Below, piece by piece: positions 56,246 through 64,000 of a stretch of 64,000 nt of DNA (positions are counted from its first letter, which is position 1; each line of letters starts with the position of its first letter). The DNA is taken from the NCBI GenBank assembly GCA_963739325.1, contig CAVTZZ010000040.1, forward strand, positions 8,478 through 72,477, given 5' to 3'. Below the pieces are notes generated by a model. The model did not search any database, was not told where the DNA came from, and saw only the letters and a list, made by a program, of their open reading frames with translations. Both the position numbers and the translations under genes were made by a program. This stretch comes from an uncultured delta proteobacterium (lineage in GTDB: Bacteria > Desulfobacterota > BSN033 > UBA1163).

Positions 56246-57724
56246 ATGATCGATCACTGGAACCTAATCATTGGCGGCGTCACCCTGGCCTTTTCACTGA
56301 AGAACATCTTTGTTCTTATCCTGGGTACAGTTATTGGGATCATTGTTGGGGTCTTACCGGGGATCGGTCCAACGGCGGGTATGGCCCTGCTTCTCCCCTT
56401 GACCTTTGGATGGCCTCCGGCTACGGCTTTGATTCTCATGGGTGCCATCTTCTTCAGTTCGAATTTTGGGGGATCCATCACCAGCATCCTTATTAATGCA
56501 CCCGGCGATGCTTCCAATTCCGCTACCATGATGGATGGATATCCCATGACCGAGAATGGTCGTGGGAACGAAGCTCTGGGAATTAGCGCTACTAGCGTCA
56601 TTGTTGGCGGAGGGATTGGTGTCATCCTCTTAGTTTTTTCTGCACCCCTCATTGCCATGTTTGCCCTCAGGTTCGGTCCTGCAGAAAATACTCTTCTCGC
56701 AGTTTTTGCCCTCTCCATCATTGCTGCCTTAGTTGTGGGGTCTCCTTTCAAAGGGTTGATTTCTGCGGGTATCGGCCTTTTCCTGGCAACAGTAGGCTAT
56801 GACGGGGTATCTGGGAATATCCGCTTTTCTTTCGGGATTCCATACTTTGAGGATGAGATCCAACTCATTCCTGTGGTCGTGGGACTTTTCGCCGTTTCAC
56901 AGGTCATCACCTTGGGTGAAGGGGGAGGAACTATCGCCAAGGTGGGAAAGTTGGCTGGCAGTCTTATAGGAGGCATGAAGACCTACTTCCATCATCCTGT
57001 CACAGTCCTTCGTTCTCTGGTGGTAGGAATCTTTGTTGGAGCCCTTCCTGCCGCCGGCAGGGTGACTGCTTCCTTTATGGCCTATGCAGATGCCGTTCGC
57101 TCTTCCAAAACCCCAGAGAGTTTCGGCAAGGGAAACCCAGAGGGAGTGATCGCCCCGGAGACGGCCAACAACTCTTGCGCCATGGGTGACCTGATACCCA
57201 CCCTTGCCTTAGGAATCCCGGGAAGTACGGCTGCAGCGGTATTTTTGGGGATCATGATCATGCACGGAGTTGTTCCTGGCCCCCGGGCCTTCATAGACAA
57301 TGGGCAGGTCATCTATGCACTTCTTACAAGTCTGGTCTTGGTGACTGTGATCGTTTTTGTCTTTGGTATCAGTTGCTCCAAGTATTTTGCTCAGATTTCA
57401 CTTCTTTCCAACGAAATCATCGTCCCTTATATCCTGATCTTCAGCCTTGTAGGCGCCTTTGCCATCCGTAATTCTTTTGCCGATGTGCTTCTGACCTGCT
57501 TCTTCGGCCTTTTAGGATATATCATGAACCGGCTTGGGTACAATCCGGTTCCGATGATTTTGGGACTCGTGCTTGGTGAGATGGCGGAGAGAAACTTCAG
57601 AAGGGCACTCATCATTTCAGGGGGATCTTATGAAATTTTCTATACTTCTTGGATCGCTAAGATTCTCTTGGCCATGAGCATTTTCTCAGTGATTTATCCC
57701 TATCTTAAAACTTGCTTTGCATAA
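56246..57724 (+). CDS. tctA: TTT large permease TctA
   Basis: 492 aa. ILGTVIGIIVGVLPGIGPTAGMALLLPLT, SNFGGSITSILINAPGDASNSAT and GYPMTENGRGNEALG. Confidence 0.9.
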   Translation: MIDHWNLIIGGVTLAFSLKNIFVLILGTVIGIIVGVLPGIGPTAGMALLLPLTFGWPPATALILMGAIFFSSNFGGSITSILINAPGDASNSATMMDGYPMTENGRGNEALGISATSVIVGGGIGVILLVFSAPLIAMFALRFGPAENTLLAVFALSIIAALVVGSPFKGLISAGIGLFLATVGYDGVSGNIRFSFGIPYFEDEIQLIPVVVGLFAVSQVITLGEGGGTIAKVGKLAGSLIGGMKTYFHHPVTVLRSLVVGIFVGALPAAGRVTASFMAYADAVRSSKTPESFGKGNPEGVIAPETANNSCAMGDLIPTLALGIPGSTAAAVFLGIMIMHGVVPGPRAFIDNGQVIYALLTSLVLVTVIVFVFGISCSKYFAQISLLSNEIIVPYILIFSLVGAFAIRNSFADVLLTCFFGLLGYIMNRLGYNPVPMILGLVLGEMAERNFRRALIISGGSYEIFYTSWIAKILLAMSIFSVIYPYLKTCFA

Positions 57725-57787
57725 ACGCGGCTCTAACAAAAGGGAGATGGATAAGATTGACCACATTTTCTTAGAAAGGAGGTTTTT

Positions 57788-58786
57788 ATGAAAGAAAAAG
57801 AAATTAGAAACGGGGGAAGCGGACAGTTGGTATTATTTACGTTCTTCTTGATCATGATTGTTCTCTCCTTCACTTTACGAGCCAATGGGGCCGAGAAGTT
57901 TCCCGTGAACCCAGTAAAGATAGTCATTACTCATGCAGCAGGCACCTCCAATGACATCGAAACCCGAACGGTCGCGCCCTCCCTGCAGAAATACCTTGGG
58001 GTACCCATCGTGATTGAAAACATGCCCGGGACTGGAGGAAGGAAATCCAGGGAATTTGTCATCAAAGAAAAACCCCATGGTTACACTCTACTTTCCACAG
58101 GCATGCCTTCCTGTCAGATTGGGGAGATCCTTTTCAATGGCCGGTATAATACACTGAGCTTCACCCACATCTTTTCCATGTTCAGCGAATCCACAGCACT
58201 TTTAGTGAAATCCGATTCCCCTTATAAGGATATGAGCGACTTTGTGGATAAATACAAAGGAAAGGCTCTTTCCTGTGCGGTTCCCGGAGTAGGCAGCACA
58301 GCCCATTTAAACGGTATGAAACTGATGCGCTACCTGGGACTAACAGCCAAGTGGGTCCCTTTTGATGGAGGAACTGAGGCTCTTACTTCCTTGGCAGGGG
58401 GCCATGTGGATTACGTCATCTGCGACACAGGGAGCGCCACATCTATGCTTTCTGCCAAAATAGCCCGACTCCTTATGATATTTGATGAAAGACGGGATCC
58501 CCGTTACCCAGACGTCCCTATCCAAAAAGATCTGAAGTACGACGTGATCACTATCCCCAGTCTTCGTGGTGTCGTTGGTCCTCCAGGAGTTTCAGCCGAT
58601 GTGGTAAAGATATTAGAATCAGCCTTTAACAAAGCGGCCCAGGATAAAGATTTCCTTGCCCTGGCAACCAGGGCCAATGTGAAGGTGAACCCAAAGAACT
58701 CTCAGGAATTCTTCGCTATATCCAAGAACATCTGGAACGAGATTAAAGGACAAGAGGAAAACCTGAAATCAATGATCAAACCTTAA
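57788..58786 (+). CDS. tctC: TTT substrate-binding protein TctC
   Basis: 332 aa with a signal peptide. FPVNPVKIVITHAAGTSNDIETRTVAPSLQKYLGVPIVIENMPGTGG ... PHGYTLL. Confidence 0.9.
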   Translation: MKEKEIRNGGSGQLVLFTFFLIMIVLSFTLRANGAEKFPVNPVKIVITHAAGTSNDIETRTVAPSLQKYLGVPIVIENMPGTGGRKSREFVIKEKPHGYTLLSTGMPSCQIGEILFNGRYNTLSFTHIFSMFSESTALLVKSDSPYKDMSDFVDKYKGKALSCAVPGVGSTAHLNGMKLMRYLGLTAKWVPFDGGTEALTSLAGGHVDYVICDTGSATSMLSAKIARLLMIFDERRDPRYPDVPIQKDLKYDVITIPSLRGVVGPPGVSADVVKILESAFNKAAQDKDFLALATRANVKVNPKNSQEFFAISKNIWNEIKGQEENLKSMIKP

Positions 58787-58788
58787 TC

Positions 58789-59580
58789 ATGAACATGGAG
58801 GCAACAATGGATCTCAAAGATGAAGTGGCGATTGTTACTGGAGGAGGTTATGGGATTGGAGAGGCAGTCTCCTTGAAGTTAGCCAGGGAGGGAGCCATAG
58901 TTGGAATTGCAGACCTTAATTTGGACTCTTCCAAAAGGGTTGCTGATCAAATTATGGCCCAGGGTGGAAAAGCCTTGCCTATAAAAACGGACGTTTGCAG
59001 TAGCACGGAAGTTAAAAAAATGGTTCAGCAAGTCGTGGACAAATATGGCAAAGTGGATATCTTGGTGAACAATGTAGGTGTCTCTCCCAAAGGGCCCAAA
59101 GGCGAAGGATTGCGGACATGGCTGATCTCGGATGAAGAATGGGACTTCACCATGCGGGTCAATTTGACCAGTGCATTCTATTGCACTCGTGAAGTGATAC
59201 CCCACATGATCAAACAAAGAATGGGAAAGATTGTACTCATGTCTTCCTCGGTAGGAAAAGAAGGGGCTGGAGGAGGGACTTCCATAGCACCTTACGGAAC
59301 AGCTAAGGCAGGTATCATCAACCTGACCAAGACTTTGGCAAAGGAGCTTGTTTCATATAACATTCGAGTCAATTCTGTCTCACCAGGTTTAGTGGAAGGA
59401 ACGATGATGAGGGCAAGTGCTTCTCCTGAATCGAATGAAAGGGCTGTTCAAAAGATCCCTATGAAGCGGTTCGGCAAGCCTGCAGAATTGGCTGAGGCGA
59501 TCTATTTTCTTGTCTCTCCGGCATCCAGTTACATAACCGGCGAGATACTTGATTGCAATGGTGGAATGTTAATGGATTAA
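58789..59580 (+). CDS. Short-chain dehydrogenase/reductase (FabG-like)
   Basis: LKDEVAIVTGGGYGIGEAVSLKLAREGA, NNVGV, SSSVG...YGTAKAG. The start is possibly ATG 58807 (GGAGG upstream). Confidence 0.9.
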   Translation: MNMEATMDLKDEVAIVTGGGYGIGEAVSLKLAREGAIVGIADLNLDSSKRVADQIMAQGGKALPIKTDVCSSTEVKKMVQQVVDKYGKVDILVNNVGVSPKGPKGEGLRTWLISDEEWDFTMRVNLTSAFYCTREVIPHMIKQRMGKIVLMSSSVGKEGAGGGTSIAPYGTAKAGIINLTKTLAKELVSYNIRVNSVSPGLVEGTMMRASASPESNERAVQKIPMKRFGKPAELAEAIYFLVSPASSYITGEILDCNGGMLMD

Positions 59581-59656
59581 AGTTAGAAGGAACAATATTC
59601 ATTTGTGAACACAGCTTAACAAAAATTCACTCGAAGGCTATGCCGGAAATTAACGA

Positions 59657-60838
59657 TTATCGGTCGGAGTGTGTATAAAGATAATCCTTTTTTCTTACGA
59701 AAAAATAGAAATAATTGAGATTGATGACGCCAATGAGTACTAAGGAGAGGAACATGATGGGATAGGTGGTCAACCGGATAATGATGCCCGTTATTACTGC
59801 TCCCAACCCTACCCCAAGTTCCATGAAGGCTGAGAATGTCCCCATGGCTGGACCCCGAGAAGAACCGGCGCGGTCAAGAGTATAGGCCACTAATACGGGA
59901 ATGAGAAAGGCATTCCCAATTCCCCAGATTACCGCAACGAGAATAAACATCGGTACAGTTCTGGAAAAGGCGAGGATGATCATCGCAATGATATTTGCGG
60001 CAAGGCAAGGTAAGATCACCCCCTCTCTACTATAGAGATCCAATATCTTCCCACCCAAACCACGACACAAAATAATCATAATGGCATAAGCAGCAAAGAA
60101 GAGGCCGGGATTGCTCATCCCTTGATTTAGGGCATAAAGAGGGAAAAAGGCGGTTAAGGCTCCCCAGAGGTTGTTGGCAAGAAAAATCATGGTAGACGGT
60201 GGAAGGGCTTCCCTACTGAAAAAGGATTTATCTTGAATGGATGAATCCTCCAATGGTTTGATGTTTCTCTTTCCCAATTTTGTCGTGATCATTAGTGAAC
60301 ACAATGATAGACCTGTACAGACTAAAAAGAGGATGGTGAAACTAAAATGGTTGATCAGGAACATCCCGAAAGAAGGGGCCAGGGCAAAGGAGACATTGAA
60401 GGACAGATAGAAGTAACTAAGACTTTGCCCTCGATGGGCTTCTGGGGTGATATTGGCAATAAATGTAACTGAGGCAGTGAAGAAGAAGGCACAACCAATT
60501 CCTTGAAGGACCCTCACCACTAAGAAGGGCCAAAAAGGAGAGGCCAAGAGATAAGCCAGAGAAGAAAAAGCAAAGAGGAGGGCGCCAGCAATCATAAAAT
60601 TTCTTTCAGAAATTTTATGAAGGGCTAGTCCAACAAAAGGTCTGATGACCAATGAGGAAACACTAAAAATTCCTATGAGAACACCAATTTCTGCCTCCTT
60701 AGATCCCAATCTCGCAAGATAGATTGGAAGGGTGGTAATGAGGATTTGGTAAATGAATGAAAATGTAAATTGATCAAAAAAAGCCCAGATGAAATCAGGC
60801 GTTAATATTTTTTGCATTGTCATCTCTCTACTCTGCAT
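59657..60838 (-). CDS. MFS transporter
   Basis: 393 aa, about 12 hydrophobic segments, divergent from the plus-strand tctC at 61172. Confidence 0.75.
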   Translation of the reverse strand: MQSREMTMQKILTPDFIWAFFDQFTFSFIYQILITTLPIYLARLGSKEAEIGVLIGIFSVSSLVIRPFVGLALHKISERNFMIAGALLFAFSSLAYLLASPFWPFLVVRVLQGIGCAFFFTASVTFIANITPEAHRGQSLSYFYLSFNVSFALAPSFGMFLINHFSFTILFLVCTGLSLCSLMITTKLGKRNIKPLEDSSIQDKSFFSREALPPSTMIFLANNLWGALTAFFPLYALNQGMSNPGLFFAAYAIMIILCRGLGGKILDLYSREGVILPCLAANIIAMIILAFSRTVPMFILVAVIWGIGNAFLIPVLVAYTLDRAGSSRGPAMGTFSAFMELGVGLGAVITGIIIRLTTYPIMFLSLVLIGVINLNYFYFFVRKKDYLYTHSDR

Positions 60839-61171
60839 ATATTAGTTTTGTATTGCGCAGTATCTTTTTTGTAAAGAGTTTTTTGATCTCTGGTTCTTCC
60901 GTAACAAGGGGAAAAGAAGCCTTTTCATTTTTTTCTTGACTTATTTTTTAAAATCTTTAGAATTACTATCACTTTTTGCAGAATGGAGCAAAATGTGCAA
61001 AGTTCAGTCCGCTTCGGCAATTTCTTTTCCATCTGGTCGAGGCAATCAAACGAACCCAAGAAACGCTTCGATTGAGAAGAATAATCCACAGTGTACTAGA
61101 ACTGTAAACATTTTACCCCCTATGGATAATTCAACCAACTAAAAAATACATTAGGCGAGGAGGAATTTATT

Positions 61172-62206
61172 ATGGACTCAAAATTCAGGAAAAAAATGAA
61201 TGATCATAAGCTATTTCCCATATTAGCTTTAGGTTCATTTTTCCTCATCTGGCTTTATGGACACAACCTGCTTTGGGCCGCGGAGAAGGAATACCCCAAC
61301 CACCCTATTAAGATGATCGTTCCCTATACACCTGGTGGTATTGTTGACCAGGGATCGAGAATCACAGCAGATTATTTAGCTCAGGAATTAAAGGTACCTG
61401 TAATAATAGAGAACAAGCCTGGGGCAAGTGGAATGCTTGGTAGCGCCGCGGTGCTTAAAGCCAAACCGGATGGATACACTTTATTAGCAGCCGGGGATAC
61501 ACCTCTTGTTTCTGGGCCATTACAATCTCCCAATCCCCCCTTTAATCCTTTTAAGGATTTTTTGGCTATTTGTATGCTCGGGTCAGCACCAGGTGCATTT
61601 GCTGTTTATAGCTCATCTCCCTACAAAACATTCACGGAATTTGTCAAAGATGCAAAGGAAAATCCTGGCAAATTAAGCTGTGGGATGACACAACCTGGGT
61701 CAACAACTCATTTGACTGTCGAACTGCTCAGAATGTATTCAGGGGCGGACATTAAAGTTGTCCCCTATAAGGGACCTCCAGAGGCAATGGCTGCCCTCTT
61801 AGGTAAACACATCGATATGGCGTGTATGACGTATGTCGGTTTGTTGCCTTATGCCAAATCGGGTGAGGCAAGAATCGTCGCAGTCACCAGTTCAGTCTCG
61901 GACACCACAATCAAAACCCTTGCACAATTAGGATTCCCCCAATCCACATTCCTTGCGAGCGATGGCATTCTGGCTTTTCACGTTTCTCCTGCTATACCAA
62001 AACCAATCTATGAAAAACTTGGGCTCACGTTTGAGCGACTCGCAAAGAATCCTGAACTTGCAAAGAAGCTGGATAGCGTTGGAATAACACGAAATTATAA
62101 AAAACCTGCTGAATTGATAGAATTCATGAAGGAAAAATGGCTTGTGATTTCCGATTTTCTAGAAAGACTGGATATGAAAAAATGGCAGGGGAAAGAACCT
62201 TTTTAA
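61172..62206 (+). CDS. tctC: TTT substrate-binding protein TctC (orphan Bug-type)
   Basis: 344 aa. YPNHPIKMIVPYTPGGIVDQGSRITADYLAQELKVPVIIENKPGASGMLG ... KPDGYTLL is the classical Bug-family pattern. Confidence 0.9.
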   Translation: MDSKFRKKMNDHKLFPILALGSFFLIWLYGHNLLWAAEKEYPNHPIKMIVPYTPGGIVDQGSRITADYLAQELKVPVIIENKPGASGMLGSAAVLKAKPDGYTLLAAGDTPLVSGPLQSPNPPFNPFKDFLAICMLGSAPGAFAVYSSSPYKTFTEFVKDAKENPGKLSCGMTQPGSTTHLTVELLRMYSGADIKVVPYKGPPEAMAALLGKHIDMACMTYVGLLPYAKSGEARIVAVTSSVSDTTIKTLAQLGFPQSTFLASDGILAFHVSPAIPKPIYEKLGLTFERLAKNPELAKKLDSVGITRNYKKPAELIEFMKEKWLVISDFLERLDMKKWQGKEPF

Positions 62207-62370
62207 CTTTGGACTTTGGATAATGAGGCTAAATGGTTCAAAAACAAACCTATTGCCGATACCGGAGGATTCCTCTTTCTCAAAAACATCAGCTTAAGGC
62301 ATCTCATGCAGCACCTTAAGGTTGATGCATTTTTTTTCTTTGACAATTTTATGAAAAAAGGGAGGGAAAA

Positions 62371-63435
62371 ATGGCTGAAAAGAAACAGAAGGATGGCATA
62401 ACTTTTGTGGCGGCTGGGGATGTATTTCTCGGCGGAAAAGTCGTGTACCAAGATGGCACCATCATAGAGGCAATTACTTACAAGCCAGAATCTGTCTTTG
62501 ATGATGTCGCTCCGATATTTCACAACGCGGACGTGGTTTTCTGCAATCTGGAGTCTGCCCTTGCTGACCGGGGAGCTTCGCAAATGGATAGAATTGCTGC
62601 CTTTATGTCTCGACCGGAGAATATAGATCTTCTGAAAGAGGCGAAAATAGATGTGGTCTCTTTTGCAAATAACCATAGCATGGACTTCGGCCCTGAAGCG
62701 ATTCTCCAGACCTTGGATCTTTTAGACAAATATGGGATTGCTCACGCTGGGGCGGGTGCCAACATCGTTGAGGCAAGAAAACCGGCATTTGTTGAGAGAA
62801 AAGGGATGACCCTGGCTTTCTTAGCTTATGCCACTAATATTAATACTCCTCGGGGTTTTGGTGCTGCCGCGCAAAAGCCCGGTCTGGCTCAAATCCGACT
62901 CCACGCGTATTTTGCTCCGCCGCATGTAACTAAAGAAGATTTGAGAACCATGGAGCTGGACGTAAAGAAGGCGAAAAAAGACGCGGATTTTGTAATCGTC
63001 TCCTGTCACTGGGGGATTTCCCAAGGTGGAACATATATGGTCGCCCCTCATCAGAGGGCGATTGGCCAGGCCGCCATCAGGGCGGGTGCCGAACTTGTCT
63101 TGGGCCACCACCAACATGCCTACCAAGGGGTTGAGTTATACAAAGGTAAAATTATCTGCCATGGTCTGGGAAACTTCATTTTTGACACCATTGATACACC
63201 TTTTTTCCGAGAGACGGTATTGTTCCACTGCACTTTTCAGAAAAATGGAATAAAAGAAGCCTGGTTGCAGCCGATCATCCAGGATAGTCATGCCCATCCT
63301 CATCCTCTTCCACCGGAAGATGAGAACTCGCGCAAAATTTTGTCTCACTTACAGGAACTTTCCAAAGAATTAGGGGTTACGGTTAAGATCAAAGAAGGAA
63401 AGGCTATAATCCACTTAGGGAAGCTTAAGAAGTAA
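62371..63435 (+). CDS. CapA/PGA_cap-family metallophosphatase-like protein
   Basis: 354 aa. FVAAGDVFLGG, CNLESAL, VSFANNHSMDFG and GHHQH fit the poly-gamma-glutamate capsule protein CapA (PF09587) pattern. Confidence 0.75.
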   Translation: MAEKKQKDGITFVAAGDVFLGGKVVYQDGTIIEAITYKPESVFDDVAPIFHNADVVFCNLESALADRGASQMDRIAAFMSRPENIDLLKEAKIDVVSFANNHSMDFGPEAILQTLDLLDKYGIAHAGAGANIVEARKPAFVERKGMTLAFLAYATNINTPRGFGAAAQKPGLAQIRLHAYFAPPHVTKEDLRTMELDVKKAKKDADFVIVSCHWGISQGGTYMVAPHQRAIGQAAIRAGAELVLGHHQHAYQGVELYKGKIICHGLGNFIFDTIDTPFFRETVLFHCTFQKNGIKEAWLQPIIQDSHAHPHPLPPEDENSRKILSHLQELSKELGVTVKIKEGKAIIHLGKLKK

Positions 63436-63743
63436 AGAGTGCGGGTGTATGGTTGTTAGAATTTTGGCTCCTTGTTATGACCAAGTTATACAGAGAGACT
63501 TTTTATATTGTTTGATGTGATTGCTGTGTAGGCTGGCGACTCGTGTGCTCCTCAAGAAGGTGCGCAATTTGGTATTGTGGGGATTCAACCTTCTAGCGAG
63601 TCTTTTGAGATCTTTGAGCCATCCTCCGAAGTCGGCCATAAATCCACTTTTTGATATGACCATGGTTTCTGGGTCCGGCTGAATTTGGCAAAAGGCCTGA
63701 CAGCATCTATTTAAGCGACGGGATAGGGAGAAAGAGCGATATA

Positions 63744-64000
63744 ATGGAAACTTTCCAATTTCTTTTACATGGGTTTAGCGTTGCCCTTCAACCCATGAAC
63801 CTCTTTTACTGTTTTGTGGGTGTCCTATGCGGAACTTTGGTTGGCGTATTGCCTGCCATTGGCCCCCCGGCAGCAGTTGCGCTTTTGCTCCCCACTGCTT
63901 ACCATTTGAATCCTGTTGGGGCCATCATCATGTTGGCAGGAATTAATTATGGTGCCATGTATGGAGGATCTATTACTTCAATTTTGGTCAACGTACCTGG
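63744..64000 (+). CDS. tctA: TTT large permease TctA, N-terminal part; continues past the window edge
   Basis: My translation from ATG 63744 reads METFQFLLHGFSVALQPMNLFYCFVGVLCGTLVGVLPAIGPPAAVALLLPTAYHLNPVGAIIMLAGINYGAMYGGSITSILVNVPG. It matches the TctA N-terminal blocks and stays open to 64000. Confidence 0.8.
   Translation, partial: METFQFLLHGFSVALQPMNLFYCFVGVLCGTLVGVLPAIGPPAAVALLLPTAYHLNPVGAIIMLAGINYGAMYGGSITSILVNVP

Noticed and set aside
60936-61142. 68-aa plus-strand ORF in the divergent intergenic region between the MFS gene and tctC
   Set aside because: It lies in a promoter-type AT-rich gap with no ribosome-binding site or recognisable features, so it is probably non-coding.
62203-62676. 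157-aa minus-strand ORF overlapping the CapA-like gene start
   Set aside because: It overlaps a plus-strand gene that has a strong Shine-Dalgarno site and PGA_cap motifs. Its translation is Ser/Arg/Leu-rich with no recognisable domain.
63475-63663. 62-aa basic minus-strand ORF in the gap before the last tctA
   Set aside because: It has no motif, no Shine-Dalgarno site I could identify and no neighbour on that strand. It could be real, but the sequence alone does not support it.

Overview
This 64-kb window looks like a bacterial accessory and catabolic region: genes are led by Shine-Dalgarno sites, one protein has a Tat signal, and there are many periplasmic-binding-protein transporters. I found no rRNA, tRNA, CRISPR array, transposase or integrase. 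(1) 1-4.9 kb, minus strand: a radC-like JAB gene overlaps by 1 nt (TGATG) a gene fusing a UvrD-type helicase to a PD-(D/E)XK nuclease. An AlbA_2-domain gene follows and is cut by the window edge. Upstream is a hicB-hicA toxin-antitoxin cassette bracketed by a 36-nt direct repeat that carries a sigma70-like promoter. (2) 5.2-14.2 kb, plus strand: two xanthine-dehydrogenase-family molybdoenzyme operons and an amidohydrolase-2 gene. One operon appears cytoplasmic and has an HcrB-type Cys loop in its FAD subunit. The other resembles PaoABC and has a Tat signal on its 2Fe-2S subunit. (3) 14.2-55.3 kb: every gene is on the minus strand and I recognise no transcription factor. The block holds an MFS and an EamA transporter, then an operon of a TPP enzyme, a polyferredoxin and a tungsten-type aldehyde:ferredoxin oxidoreductase with an embedded orphan primase-polymerase (AEP)-like gene. 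It then holds four repeated modules, each made of an unrecognised ~478-aa His-rich protein (six paralogs, three in tandem), tctC, a tctB-like gene, tctA, and a small-molecule enzyme (SDR, class II aldolase, or ornithine cyclodeaminase/mu-crystallin type). One module also has an M28/GCPII-like peptidase. (4) 55.7-64 kb: a plus-strand tctB-tctA-tctC-SDR set, an MFS gene, an orphan tctC, a CapA-like gene and the start of another tctA. At least eleven single-nucleotide indels split otherwise well-conserved genes, so either assembly quality or gene decay needs checking. The best candidate for an undescribed system is the amplified unknown protein family tied to tripartite tricarboxylate transporter modules.
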